From assembly GCA_965248925.1 (NCBI GenBank), contig CBDFLE010000005.1, forward strand, positions 928,001-992,000: a DNA stretch of 64,000 nucleotides, in the 5' to 3' direction. The notes under the pieces are model-generated. The model searched no databases and had not been told where the DNA came from. It was given only the letters and a program-made list of their open reading frames with translations. A program made the position numbers and the translations under genes. This stretch comes from Candidatus Multivoradales bacterium (lineage in GTDB: Bacteria > Acidobacteriota > Thermoanaerobaculia > Multivoradales > J023). Of this stretch, positions 29,005 to 39,798 are shown one piece after another; positions within the stretch are counted from its first letter, which is position 1, and the number at the start of each line of letters is the position of its first letter.

Positions 29005-29209
29005 CCGCTGGCTCCACCACCAGGCGATCCGACTCGACCACCACCCGCACCTTCGAGCCAATCTCAAATCCCGCCGATTCCAGCCACCGGCCTGAGAGCC
29101 GCAGGAAGGGCACCGGATGCTGTCGCCGAGACTGGCGTAGTGAGCGATAGCCCGAAGGGAATGATGAGGCTGGGTAGAGGCTAGAGACGGTCAAAGTGCG
29201 GTCGATCAT
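28997..29209 (-). CDS. SymE-like protein (type B allele)
   Basis: Copy of 16764-16976. Confidence 0.8.
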   Translation of the reverse strand: MIDRTLTVSSLYPASSFPSGYRSLRQSRRQHPVPFLRLSGRWLESAGFEIGSKVRVVVESDRLVVEPADV

Positions 29210-29324
29210 GGGTTCCTCCTCCGGGCGGTGCAGGCCGCCGTAAACTGTCAATGGACTCTTTCGTCATGATTATTATAGACTAATAAGTACTGACAATACA
29301 AGACACAAGAGAGGAGAACCTACA

Positions 29325-29714
29325 ATGACCTTGCAGGCCAATACCATCGCCGAGGTCGCTATGGATCAGTTCGCTGGAAGACTACGAGAGCATAGGGAGA
29401 GCCGGAAGTTGACCCAGGCTCGGCTAGCTGAGCTTCTGGAGGTCAGCCCTAGAGTCTACAACCGCTGGGAAACCGCTGCCGCGGCGCCCCGCCTAGACAC
29501 TGTCGTCAGGATTGCTGACATCTTAGAGGTCAGTATCGATGAACTAGTCGGACGCAAGGAACCTCAGGAGCCGCAGTTCCGGCTCCACAACCCCAAGCTT
29601 CATCAGCTGTACCAGGAAATCGACCGCCTCTCTGACGAGGACCAGCAGGCCCTCGTCATCCTCCTCGACTCCCTCGTCAAGCGGTCGCAGATGGGGCAGG
29701 TTCTGGCGGGCTGA
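29325..29714 (+). CDS. Xre-family HTH repressor type B
   Basis: Copy of 17092-17481. Confidence 0.9.
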   Translation: MTLQANTIAEVAMDQFAGRLREHRESRKLTQARLAELLEVSPRVYNRWETAAAAPRLDTVVRIADILEVSIDELVGRKEPQEPQFRLHNPKLHQLYQEIDRLSDEDQQALVILLDSLVKRSQMGQVLAG

Positions 29715-29841
29715 AAGCCCTTCTCGTTTCACGGGCCTACGCAACACGACTGGCGCTGACGAAAAGGCTCAGATACACAGTAGCCCGGCCAAAGCCGGGC
29801 CCCTATGAAACGGCCTGGGCCTTTTCCGGTCGCCTCGACCG

Positions 29842-30369
29842 CTATGGAGCCATCCGCCTAAGAGTCGGCTCCAACCAAGTGGCGTTCGCGTTGTCGGACC
29901 AGGCGTCACGCAGCATGCGAATATCATCTGCCCATCCCTGGTAGTGATCGTCGAGCGCAGTCATGAAAGCCTTGGTACCGCCAATCACCGCATGCATTTC
30001 GTGTGAGATCAAGACCCCCCAGCGCCCGTCTTTGGAGTACAAGGCATTTTCCAACGTTAGGTGCCGGTCACAATACTCTTGATATGAGGGAATGCTGCAT
30101 GACCAATGCCCCCACTCTCTGTCGAGAAAAGCAAGTTCTTCGGACTCGACGACCGACAGGAAGAAGGTTCTCTCGCCAACTCTTTGAATGGCGCCTAAGA
30201 CGGCCGAATACTGTTCTATGGTCAGATGGCATCCGTCCGTCGGATAGAAGACACGGCCAACTTCGAACTCCTGGCCGAAAGGCCATGTGAACGCATCATT
30301 GGTCTTGAAAACACGTCGCCAAGCTGACCGTATCGCCGGTAGATCGGTTGTTTCAATCACGCCAGTCAT
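29842..30369 (-). CDS. Putative immunity protein type B
   Basis: Copy of 17609-18136. Confidence 0.7.
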   Translation of the reverse strand: MTGVIETTDLPAIRSAWRRVFKTNDAFTWPFGQEFEVGRVFYPTDGCHLTIEQYSAVLGAIQRVGERTFFLSVVESEELAFLDREWGHWSCSIPSYQEYCDRHLTLENALYSKDGRWGVLISHEMHAVIGGTKAFMTALDDHYQGWADDIRMLRDAWSDNANATWLEPTLRRMAP

Positions 30370-30370
30370 C

Positions 30371-31426
30371 TCACTGCTCCAGGAACTTGATTTTGCGGAG
30401 ACCCTTTTCAATCCCGTGAACATCTACGGTCGGTGGCCCGCCACTCTTCGACGTCGCTCGGAACGTCACCGTCGCCCCATTAGGCCCACGCGCAGTGAAG
30501 ATGCCCGGTCTGACTTCTGTCACCGGGTTCGACCCCCTCAAGTTGTCGAATAGCTTGCGAGCGTCGCCCGCGTCCCCGGCAACTTCTCGAATGCCCTTGC
30601 TCTTGCCCGCGCGCCCAAGAGAAGTCAGTCCCCCCCTTGCGCCCGCTCTTGCTGCGCCAGCAGCAGCAGCTGATTTTTTCAGTTTCTTTGCATTTCTAAC
30701 GGCTCCTACGAGTTTCACTCCCCTACCGGCAACCTTCAAGAGTCCTAGACCTGTGGCACCGGCCACAGCCCCAGTGACGAAAGCCCCGGCTACGCCTGTT
30801 GTGAGCTCTTCTCCTGAAAGCGCGTTGCTCGCAATTTGAATCCCAACATCTACGACTCCGCCAAGAAATGCAGTTACCAGAAAGCCAAGCCTTCCGTCAG
30901 GGTCTACCTGGTTGATTGGACTGTTGCTCACGTAAGAGAAGCGATTCCAACTCTGTGGTGAGGACCGGCTACCCAGAGATGGATCGACACTCAAGAACCG
31001 CCCCACCACCGGGCTGCAATGCCGAGCATGCATATAGTCCAGCTCGCTCCTCACCCCGGTCCCGGTCTTGTCTCGCTCGTGCCCGGTGAACTTCAGCACA
31101 ACCTCATCTTGTGCGGCGCTGGTCGCCTCTTGACCAAACGGGTAGTAGTTGTGCAACGCCACCTGCTGTCCGCCTCGGGTGAAGGGGACAGCCCGACGCG
31201 GTTTCCAGCTTGAGAGCTGGTAACCCTCTATGCCTGTTCTACTTAAGCCTCGCTCGGCCCTACTGCCGGCGGGGTCTTGGTGCTCGAAGGTCCAGAGGCG
31301 AGTTTCGGCGTAGCTCGACTCGGAGATCGGCGCGATCGCTGTTGCCGGCATCGTCACCGCCAGGAGCGCGACGACCAGCCCGAGCGCCATCGTCCAAGTG
31401 CTTCTTCCTTTAGCTGCCTGCCTCAT
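30371..31426 (-). CDS. Orphan Rhs module, tip B
   Basis: Copy of 18138-19193. Confidence 0.85.
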   Translation of the reverse strand: MRQAAKGRSTWTMALGLVVALLAVTMPATAIAPISESSYAETRLWTFEHQDPAGSRAERGLSRTGIEGYQLSSWKPRRAVPFTRGGQQVALHNYYPFGQEATSAAQDEVVLKFTGHERDKTGTGVRSELDYMHARHCSPVVGRFLSVDPSLGSRSSPQSWNRFSYVSNSPINQVDPDGRLGFLVTAFLGGVVDVGIQIASNALSGEELTTGVAGAFVTGAVAGATGLGLLKVAGRGVKLVGAVRNAKKLKKSAAAAGAARAGARGGLTSLGRAGKSKGIREVAGDAGDARKLFDNLRGSNPVTEVRPGIFTARGPNGATVTFRATSKSGGPPTVDVHGIEKGLRKIKFLEQ

Positions 31427-32205
31427 GCCGGGCCATTCTACGCCGCGGGTGGCGCTCGAAGACAGCGGCTAAAGGAGGAAGGGTGGTTGGTGCGGAGGCG
31501 GGATGCGGTTTTCTTAGGCCGCTTTCTTCGGGCAGTGGGTGTTTTCTTAGGTCGTTTTCGTCGGGCTGGTCGTCGGAGCGAGCGCGGGTCTTTCCGGCAG
31601 TTTGGTGCCGGCGGCGCAGCCGCCAAACCAATCTGCACGTTGGGGGCGTGGTGGCGGCGGGGCCGGAGCCGAGCACGGCGACCGCAGGGCGCCGCGCGCA
31701 GGGTACGGAGGCCACGACGCAGGGCGGGTCTTGGGAGGAGGATGGGGAGCCCCCTTGAGGGGGCGGACGGGTCCGGGCCGAGCCGTCGCAGTGCAAGTCG
31801 GTGGATCTCGGCAAGGAGGCCAAGAGCGGGGCGTGCTTCCGAAGCCGCTGACCTTCGACGGCCACCAACGTGCTCGCCCCAAGTTTCCATAATGCACGCG
31901 TTATGGAAAGGCCGTAGGCCCGGAGCCGGGGCGTGTGAGGGCCAGGTCGGATAGGGCGCGCACTATCGGACAGCGACCCATGCAAGCCGCGTGACATCTG
32001 GGAGGTCCGAGGAGGGGCCCAGGTGGCGCGCGGCTTGCGGAGCGGCTGGCCCGTGCCCGGAGGGAGCGCAGCGACCGGAGGGACACACGCCCCGGCGGAG
32101 CGTGGGGCGAGCTTTCGGAGACTCTTTTCTTGGACTACCTGAAGCCTCGCTCCGGGCCGGTGATCGGAGGGCTCAGGTGGTGGATCGCAGATGCTCGGGC
32201 GGGGG

Positions 32206-33279
32206 TCAGTCCTCCGCCTCGGTCTCGACTACATCGAGTAAGTCCTCGGCGGTCACTTCATCGCTGCCGTCTTCTTCTGTCGGCGGTGCCACCCGCCGCC
32301 CTAGCTTCGCGCCCGGATGGGTTGCCGAGTGGATCGACTTCAGTTTGCGGATCGATACCTGAGTGTAAATCTGCGTCGTCTCCAGCTTGGCGTGGCCGAG
32401 CATCTGCTGGATGAAGCGGATATCCGCACCACCTTCGAGCATCAGCGTCGCCATCGTGTGGCGGAAGAGATGGCAAGCGCCCGACTTGCCGAGATCGGCG
32501 GCGAGCACGTAGCCGCGCACCAGCTGAGTCATTCGCGACGGCGCAAACGGCGTCCCCTGGTTGGTGAGAAAGAGCGGCCCGCCGTCCGGCTCGACCACCA
32601 GCGACGGCCGTACCTCAGTGACGTAGCGATCGATCCAGGCCAGCGCCCGCTCGCCGATCGGGATCATCCAATCTTTCCTACCCTTGCCCTGGCGCACCAT
32701 CACCGTCCCGCGTTCGATGTCGAGATCGTAACGGCCGAGGCCGATCAGCTCAGCCCGGCGCATGCCCGTGGAGTAGAAGACTTCAAGGATTGTTCGGTCG
32801 CGCATCCCGAGCGGGTCGGCGGTGTCGGGCTGGTTGAGCACCTGGTCGGCTTCAGAGGCGGTCAGCACCGCCGCCGGCAGCCGGTGCTCCAGCTTCGGTA
32901 GCTCCAGCTCCGAGGCCGGGTTGTAGAGCAGGTGGTTGGCCCGAGCCGCCCATTTGAAGAAGGCCCTTACCGGCACCAGCCGCGAGTGCTGAGCCCGGAA
33001 AGACAGCGGCCGCCCATCCTCGGGCTTGCGGTAGTGGTAGAGCCACCTGGCGTAGCGTTCCAAAATCGGCTTGGTCACGTCCGACGGCCGCGACACTCCA
33101 CGCTCGTCACACCATGCGATGAGAAACGAGAGGTATAGATGCCGGTTCTCAACGGTTCGTGGAGAGTAGTTCTTGATCGCCATCCACTCCAGGTACTGGC
33201 CGGCCATCACCGCGAAACCCCGAGGGTCGGTTGGATTGCCCGGCAAGAGGCGGATCTTGCGCTCGCCACGGCGCGGCAT
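32206..33279 (-). CDS. XerC/D-like tyrosine recombinase
   Basis: Allele with a few substitutions; catalytic residues intact. Confidence 0.95.
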   Translation of the reverse strand: MPRRGERKIRLLPGNPTDPRGFAVMAGQYLEWMAIKNYSPRTVENRHLYLSFLIAWCDERGVSRPSDVTKPILERYARWLYHYRKPEDGRPLSFRAQHSRLVPVRAFFKWAARANHLLYNPASELELPKLEHRLPAAVLTASEADQVLNQPDTADPLGMRDRTILEVFYSTGMRRAELIGLGRYDLDIERGTVMVRQGKGRKDWMIPIGERALAWIDRYVTEVRPSLVVEPDGGPLFLTNQGTPFAPSRMTQLVRGYVLAADLGKSGACHLFRHTMATLMLEGGADIRFIQQMLGHAKLETTQIYTQVSIRKLKSIHSATHPGAKLGRRVAPPTEEDGSDEVTAEDLLDVVETEAED

Positions 33280-36200
33280 CAGGCCCCCTCGACCGCCGCC
33301 GAGCCGCCGGTACGACGCCCAGGTTTACGACATGACGGGCCGTTTTCTCGCTCCCCCTTATATGCGTTTTTTGCCGAAACTCCACGATTTCCGGCCGAAG
33401 TTGTTGATTCTGCTTGGGAAACTGCACCCCGACCACCCCCCGACACCCCCCCGACTTGGGGCCGACTTGGCCCCGACTTCTCAGCTTCAGACCCCGACTT
33501 CTTTTCGTCGTACCTGAGTGTTTCGACCTCGATCAGCCCCGGCAGTCGCGGCCGCTCCGGCTCGTCGCTGGCCACGTAAACCAGCTCGTAGACAAAGCTC
33601 TGCCCCCGCCCGCCCTGATGCACCAGCAGATACTCAAACTCCTCAAGACGGCGTAGGTGCAGCTTCAGCTGCGTATTGCCCCAGCCGGTGTGCTCGCGCA
33701 CCGCCCGCCGGCTGAAACGGTAGTCCGGCCGATCCATCGCCAGCGCCTCACAGGCTTCGCTGACCATCTCGTCGATCAGCCCCAGCAGGCGCCGCGTCTG
33801 CGGCGGCAGCTCATCGAGCGAGCGCCCCAAGACTTCGTGCGCCAGGCGGTTGGCTGTCTCGATGTCTGTGGCCACCACTTCGACGTACTCCACCTCTCGC
33901 CCGTCGACCACCGCCAGCTTCACCTCTCGCTGGTATTGATGCAAAAGAGCAATCACGTCGATCAGCGTCAGGTACTTCTCGTGGTCCCGGCGGGTGCGGA
34001 TTTGCGTATCGAGAAAGGTAAGTTCCGGAGCAAAGGGATTGACCACCGCCAGCGGCCGCAGCAGCCGCTGCGCGTTCTGGTGCAGCGCCATCACCCCGTC
34101 GCGCCGGGTGCGCGAGAGTAGCCCCCCCAGCGTCCGCCGCTGCCGCTGCAGCCGGTGAATCGCCCGCGTCTGCTCTCGCGCCTCGTCCACCGAGAGCACC
34201 AAGCAGCGATTCAAAAGCTCTTCATCGATGTCGATTGCCGTGGTCGTCAAGAAGATCATCACCGGCCCTTCGACGTGGTACTCGTGCGTCACCAGCTTGC
34301 CCGTTGAAGCATCCTTGCCGGTCGAGGCAATCGTCAGCTCGCCCTCCGACTGAAGCAGCTTCAAGGCGTAGCTAGCCCGCTCGGCCCCCTCCTCCTCGAC
34401 GATCGCCAGGATCTTGTGCTGCAGATCCGTTTCGCCCATGTAGAACAGCGATTGCCCGGTCATCGCCGAGTACTTCACTTGCTGCTCACCTGGCATCAGT
34501 GCCAGCACTGCCTCCATCAGCGCCGACTTACCGGCCGCTGAGCTGGACTGCACCACCACCGCCAGCGGCCGTTCCAGGAAACGCGAGGTCGACGCCAGGT
34601 AGCCCATCAGCTTGTTGACCTCCTCGCCCACCACCCCGCAGCGCTCGAAGTCCGCGAGGATGCGCACCAAGAGATCTGGTGAGCGCAGCAGCTCAAGCGC
34701 CGCTTCCTTCTCTCCCTCTGACAGCTCCACCGCCGTCGACTGCGGCTCGAGTGCCGAGCGGATCTGCTCGTCCTGTAGCTCCTCGAGCTTCAGCAGCACC
34801 TTGCCCAGATCCTTCTTGACCACCTGCTCCTCGACCCCCAGCTCAGCGGCTGCCGCCCGCTGAAACACCGCCCGCGGCCGCGCCGCGTAGAGATCGAAAG
34901 TGTCGACGTGGAAGGCGTCGCCCCGCGACGCCAGGACGTTGACCTTGAGCACGTCGTAGGCCAGATTCTTCGGCAGACCTCGGACCCGGTAGCGGCGTTC
35001 GGCGAGCGACAGCACTACCTCCTGCTCACGCACCTCAGCCGGCATATCTGGCGGAGGCGGTGCGGGCAGTGGGGAGGCTTCGGCCGGGGCGGGCAGTGCC
35101 AATACCGCCTCTCCGGCGGTATTCGATGATGTCAGCTGCTCTGTTGGTGGAGCCATTACCGCCTCTGCGGCTGTGTTTGGCCGTACCGTTGGCGCGATTA
35201 GGCCAGCTGTTGGCCCAAACCCCGGTTTCACGCCCGGCGGCTTGCCTTTGCCGAGCCACTGTGCTTTGCGGATCACCACCCCCAGCGACTTCGCCGCCGG
35301 GGTCACCTTCAGCGCGTACTCGTTGGCGTCCATGCCACGCGGAAATTGGATTCGGTAGCAGTCGATCCCGGCACCCACCAGCTTCTCGGCCAGCTTCCCG
35401 GCGGCCTTCTCGCCGGCATCGTCACGGTCGTAGGCGATCAGCACCCGCTCGACTCCGTGGCCACCGAAGGCTGCCAGCATCTCCGCGGTGAAACCCTGGA
35501 TGCCGTAGGCGCTGGTGACGTTACGGTAACCCGCACACCAGAAAGTCAGAGCGTCGATCAGCGACTCGCAGAGGATGATCTCGGTCGAGGCCACCAGAGC
35601 TTCCGCATTAAAGATCCCTCGATGTGGACCCGGCAGATAGAGATGCAAGGGCGTCCCCTTGCGAAGATTCAGTGTGATCTTGCGCCCGTAGATCTCCACC
35701 ACCCGGCCACCCTTGAAGACCGGAAAGACGATCGAGCCGTTGAAGTGCTCATGACCCGACTTGCGCAGCACCCCGAGCTTCTGCAATCGACCCCGGATCT
35801 CCTTGCCCGCCTTCAGCTGCTTCGATGGCAGACGATAGCCCAGCGTCCGGTTGGCGAAGCCAAGCCGGAAATGCTCGATCATCTCCGGGTGCTTCAGCCC
35901 TCTGCTCTCCAGATAAGCCAGCGCCTCCGGGCTCTCCTTCAAAGCCTCGTGGTAGTAGCCGACGACCTGGCCGAGCAGCTCCGCGTCCTCGACGTCCGCC
36001 ACCACCGGCGAAGGCAGAGCCGGCGCCGAAGGCCGCGCCTCAGTGACCGCCGCCGCCGGCAGATCCGAGCGCAGCAGCTCGACCGCGTGGCGAAACGACA
36101 CCCCGCGATCTCGCATCACCCAATCGATCACCGAGCCACCCGCCTGGCAGGCGCCCAGGCAATGCCACAGATTCTTCTTCGGCGAGATCACCAGCGACGG

Positions 36201-36341
36201 CTCGCGGTCGTCGTGAAACGGGCAGAGCCCCAGCAGGTCCGCCCCGTGGCGTTTCAGTTTCACCCCACGGGCCAGGGCCAGGCGCTCCACCGATACTTCT
36301 CGCTTTAGTCGCTCTACCTCGGCTTCTGGAATCCTGCTCAC
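33279..36341 (-). CDS. CHC2/TOPRIM primase-P-loop NTPase
   Basis: Same motifs as the other copies. Confidence 0.9.
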   Translation of the reverse strand: MSRIPEAEVERLKREVSVERLALARGVKLKRHGADLLGLCPFHDDREPSLVISPKKNLWHCLGACQAGGSVIDWVMRDRGVSFRHAVELLRSDLPAAAVTEARPSAPALPSPVVADVEDAELLGQVVGYYHEALKESPEALAYLESRGLKHPEMIEHFRLGFANRTLGYRLPSKQLKAGKEIRGRLQKLGVLRKSGHEHFNGSIVFPVFKGGRVVEIYGRKITLNLRKGTPLHLYLPGPHRGIFNAEALVASTEIILCESLIDALTFWCAGYRNVTSAYGIQGFTAEMLAAFGGHGVERVLIAYDRDDAGEKAAGKLAEKLVGAGIDCYRIQFPRGMDANEYALKVTPAAKSLGVVIRKAQWLGKGKPPGVKPGFGPTAGLIAPTVRPNTAAEAVMAPPTEQLTSSNTAGEAVLALPAPAEASPLPAPPPPDMPAEVREQEVVLSLAERRYRVRGLPKNLAYDVLKVNVLASRGDAFHVDTFDLYAARPRAVFQRAAAAELGVEEQVVKKDLGKVLLKLEELQDEQIRSALEPQSTAVELSEGEKEAALELLRSPDLLVRILADFERCGVVGEEVNKLMGYLASTSRFLERPLAVVVQSSSAAGKSALMEAVLALMPGEQQVKYSAMTGQSLFYMGETDLQHKILAIVEEEGAERASYALKLLQSEGELTIASTGKDASTGKLVTHEYHVEGPVMIFLTTTAIDIDEELLNRCLVLSVDEAREQTRAIHRLQRQRRTLGGLLSRTRRDGVMALHQNAQRLLRPLAVVNPFAPELTFLDTQIRTRRDHEKYLTLIDVIALLHQYQREVKLAVVDGREVEYVEVVATDIETANRLAHEVLGRSLDELPPQTRRLLGLIDEMVSEACEALAMDRPDYRFSRRAVREHTGWGNTQLKLHLRRLEEFEYLLVHQGGRGQSFVYELVYVASDEPERPRLPGLIEVETLRYDEKKSGSEAEKSGPSRPQVGGVSGGGRGAVSQAESTTSAGNRGVSAKNAYKGERENGPSCRKPGRRTGGSAAVEGA

Positions 36342-36562
36342 TGTGCCGCCCCCGACTCCACCGGAGTAAGCACCAAACGATCCTGCTCGACCTCCACCCG
36401 CAGCCTCTCCCCGCAGCGAAACCCCGCCGCTTCTAGCCAAGCACCCCGCATCCGCACAAACGGCACAAGCCGCACCGAGCACGGGCCGTTGACGTAGTGC
36501 GGCGCACGGGGCTCGTGCAGGGTAGAGATCGTCAGATATCGCTCAGCTCTCGGCTCAGACAC
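36338..36562 (-). CDS. SymE-like protein
   Basis: Same protein as 7000-7224. Confidence 0.75.
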   Translation of the reverse strand: MSEPRAERYLTISTLHEPRAPHYVNGPCSVRLVPFVRMRGAWLEAAGFRCGERLRVEVEQDRLVLTPVESGAAQ

Positions 36563-36851
36563 AGGCCACTCCCGCCAGGCGACCCGCCGAGACCTCCTCG
36601 ATCCGGCCGATCTGATCCGCCGGCACCCACACCACCGGCTGCATTTCCCTCTCCTCCTCGCCCTCTTCCACCCGCGTCACCACCAAACGCCCGTCACCCA
36701 CGACGTCGATCCGCACTCGCGCACCGGGGTAGAAGCCAGCGTCCTGGAGCCATGGGCCGACCACTTGCAGCAATGGCAGCTGTGCCGATCTGGGCAAGAC
36801 GTGCCAGCCGGGGCGGTACAGGGCGGAGATCGTTAGCTTGTGCTCGGTCAT
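36555..36851 (-). CDS. SymE-like protein
   Basis: PLLQVVGPWLQDAGFYPGARVRI. Confidence 0.75.
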   Translation of the reverse strand: MTEHKLTISALYRPGWHVLPRSAQLPLLQVVGPWLQDAGFYPGARVRIDVVGDGRLVVTRVEEGEEEREMQPVVWVPADQIGRIEEVSAGRLAGVACV

Positions 36852-36999
36852 CGGTTGTCCTTCTTTGATCGGAAATCGCGATTTCGTCTGAAACCTGTCA
36901 AGTGGACTCTTGCTGCGTTTTACACCTTAGAGTATAATCGCAAAACGCGACTTCGTCAAGGCGTATTACGGATCGACCGCTACACTGGAGGCCCACGAC

Positions 37000-37398
37000 A
37001 TGGACGAGATGCTGATGATGGAACGAGCGGTGATCCTCAAGGCTTTTGGCGGGCGCCTCAAAGAGCTACGGAAACAGAAGGGTTGGACTCAGAAGGAGCT
37101 GGCCGCCAAGATTGATACTCGTTTCTCGCAGCTCAACAAGTACGAGAGCGGGCTGCACGCTCCGCCGCCGGAGAAGCTCATCGAGCTTGCCGGGGTTCTC
37201 GACACCTCCGTTGACTTCCTGCTTGCCGGAGATTCGAAGGAGGCTGTACCGCTGCACAGCCCGCGGCTTCTCGATAGGTTTCGGGCGTTGGAAAGCTTCG
37301 AGGCAGAGGACCAGGAAACCGTCATCAGGCTCATCGACGCGATGATTCTCAAGCACCGGGTCCAAGGTGCCGTCGGTGCTGGGAGCGCAGCTTCATAG
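37000..37398 (+). CDS. Xre-family HTH repressor type C
   Basis: FGGRLKELRKQKGWTQKELAAKI..LNKYESGLHAPP..VDFLL. Confidence 0.9.
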   Translation: MDEMLMMERAVILKAFGGRLKELRKQKGWTQKELAAKIDTRFSQLNKYESGLHAPPPEKLIELAGVLDTSVDFLLAGDSKEAVPLHSPRLLDRFRALESFEAEDQETVIRLIDAMILKHRVQGAVGAGSAAS

Positions 37399-37607
37399 GC
37401 GAAGAGGCGCCGGAGTCTGAGACGCAACAAAGCCCGGCCGGAGTCGGGCTCTACTCATGGTTGAACGCTGATTCTCAGGTGGGCTGCGGGTTACGATTCA
37501 CCTGGCACCTAATCTAAGACACACAAAAGCCCGACCAAAGCCGGGCTGCTACGAAACGACTGCCAACTAGCCGGCACCTCTGCCGGTAGGGACAGCAGTG
37601 AGGAATC

Positions 37608-37850
37608 TTAGTCTACGAGGAGTCGGTCAATCATCTGCTCTAGTTTCTTCCCTTCTTTGGTCGGCTCGTAATTGAGCCCAAAGCCATGCGTTTGAAGCCG
37701 CTCTCCACAGAAATCTCGGATCGTATCTGCCGCTCTATCTTCGAGAGTACCTCCCTTCGCTGAAGCACGTTCCAAGCTCTCGATGAGACTGGGCGGAAGC
37801 ACAAGTATTCTGAGGAGAAAGTCGATATCCCCTTGGGACAGCCGAATCAT
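37608..37850 (-). CDS. Putative immunity protein type C
   Basis: ATGA overlap with the tip C stop; 80 aa. Confidence 0.75.
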   Translation of the reverse strand: MIRLSQGDIDFLLRILVLPPSLIESLERASAKGGTLEDRAADTIRDFCGERLQTHGFGLNYEPTKEGKKLEQMIDRLLVD

Positions 37851-38908
37851 TGGTCTTCGAGTCTCCGTAGAAGCCGCTGGGCCTTCTTCGTTGAGGTTGG
37901 ATTTACCGAGATAATCTCGCCAGTCCGAGGGTTCCGGACAACCTCAGCATTGCGGCCTACCAAACGCTGGCTAGATCTGCCTAGTTCGTCGATCTTGACC
38001 GGTCGCGTATCGAGTGGATTCTTGATGGCATCGAGTTCATCTACACTTCTAACTCCGCGGTTGATCTTCTGATTGACTCCATGCCTCGTGACTCCAATTC
38101 TGCTGCCCGTTTGCCCCTTTGCGCCCGCTCTAGCTGCGTCAGCAGCAGCAGCTGACTTCTTCAGTTTCTTTGCATTTCTTACGGCTCCTACGAGCTTCGC
38201 TCCCCTACCAGCCACCTTCAATAGCCCAAGACCTGTGGCACCAGCCACTGCTCCGGTGACGAAAGCCCCGGCTACGCCTGATGTGAGCTCTTCCCCTGAA
38301 AGCGCGTTGCTCGCAATTTGAATCCCAACATCTACGACTCCGCCAAGAAATGCAGTTACCAGAAACCCAAGCCTTCCGTCCGGGTCTACCTGGTTGATTG
38401 GACTGTTGCTGACGTAAGAGAAGCGATTCCAACTCTGTGGTGAGGACCGGCTACCCAGAGATGGATCCACACTCAAAAACCGCCCCACCACCGGGCTGCA
38501 ATGCCGAGCATGCATATAGTCCAGCTCGGAGCGGCTGCCGGTCCCGGTCTTGTCCCGCTCATGGCCAGTGAATTTCAGCTGAATCTCGTCAGCCTCCGCG
38601 CTGGTCGCCTCTTGACCAAAGGGAAAGTAGTTGTGCAACGCCACCTGCTGTCCACCTCGGGTGAAGGGGACAGCCCGACGCGGTTTCCAGCTTGAGAGCT
38701 GGTAACCCTCTATGCCTGTTCTACTTAAGCCTCGCTCGGCCCTACTGCCGGCGGGGTCTTGGTGCTCGAAGGTCCAGAGGCGAGTTTCGGCGTAGCTCGA
38801 CTCGGAGATCGGCGCGATCGCTGTTGCCGGCATCGTCACCGCCAGGAGCGCGACGACCAGCCCGAGCGCCATCGTCCAAGTGCTTCTTCCTTTAGCTGCC
38901 TGCCTCAT
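37847..38908 (-). CDS. Orphan Rhs module, tip C (putative BECR/colicin E5-like RNase)
   Basis: Rhs core; terminal TRHGVNQKINRGV..IKNPL..GRSSQRLVG..VVRNPRTGEIISVNP. Confidence 0.85.
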   Translation of the reverse strand: MRQAAKGRSTWTMALGLVVALLAVTMPATAIAPISESSYAETRLWTFEHQDPAGSRAERGLSRTGIEGYQLSSWKPRRAVPFTRGGQQVALHNYFPFGQEATSAEADEIQLKFTGHERDKTGTGSRSELDYMHARHCSPVVGRFLSVDPSLGSRSSPQSWNRFSYVSNSPINQVDPDGRLGFLVTAFLGGVVDVGIQIASNALSGEELTSGVAGAFVTGAVAGATGLGLLKVAGRGAKLVGAVRNAKKLKKSAAAADAARAGAKGQTGSRIGVTRHGVNQKINRGVRSVDELDAIKNPLDTRPVKIDELGRSSQRLVGRNAEVVRNPRTGEIISVNPTSTKKAQRLLRRLEDQ

Positions 38909-39798
38909 GCCGGGCCATTCTACGCCGCGGGTGGCGCTCGAAGACAGCGGCTAAAGGAGGAAGGGTGGTTGGTGCGGAGGCGGGATGCGGTTTTCTTAGG
39001 CCGCTTTCTTCGGGCAGTGGGTGTTTTCTTAGGTCGTTTTCGTCGGGCTGGTCGTCGGAGCGAGCGCGGGTCTTTCCGGCAGTTTGGTGCCGGCGGCGCA
39101 GCCGCCAAACCAATCTGCACGTTGGGGGCGTGGTGGCGGCGGGGCCGGAGCCGAGCACGGCGACCGCAGGGCGCCGCGCGCAGGGTACGGAGGCCACGAC
39201 GCAGGGCGGGTCTTGGGAGGAGGATGGGGAGCCCCCTTGAGGGGGCGGACGGGGCCGGGCCGAGCCGTCGCAGTGCTGGCTGGTGGATCTCGGCAAGGAG
39301 GCCCGGAGCGGGGCGTGGTTCCGAAGCCGCTGACCATCGCAGGCTCGCGGAGTGCTCACCCCAAGTTTCCATAATGCACGCGTTATGGAAAGGCCGTAGG
39401 CCCGGAGCCGGGGCGTGTGAGGGCCAGGTCGGATAGGGCGCGCACTATCGGACAGCGACCCATGCAAGCCGCGTGACACCTGGGAGGTCCGAGGAGGGAC
39501 CCAGGTGGCGCGCGGCTTGCGGAGCGGCTGGCCCGTGCCCGGAGGGAGCGCAGCGACCGGAGGGACACACGCCCCGGCGGAGCTTGGGGTGAGCTTTCGA
39601 AGAGTCTTCTCTTGGACTACTTGAAGCCCCGCGCCGGGCCGGTGATCGGAGGGCTCAGGTGGTGGATCGCAGATGCTCGGGCCGGGGCGGGCTGGGGTGA
39701 CGAAAAAATACTGCCGAGGGCTGCGTGGCCCGCGAACGGAGGACGGCGCAGCCGGCCGCAGCGCGGGACCCGCAGACCCGGACCGCTTCGGGCGGGGG

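Larger units (their letters stand above)
18943..31175 (-). mobile_element. Rhs-tip element, unit B2 (7680 bp plus IS3 and IS21)
   Basis: Copy of B1 with an extra IS21. Confidence 0.8.
31176..38657 (-). mobile_element. Rhs-tip element, unit C (7482 bp)
   Basis: Junction-to-junction repeat, same gene order. Confidence 0.8.
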
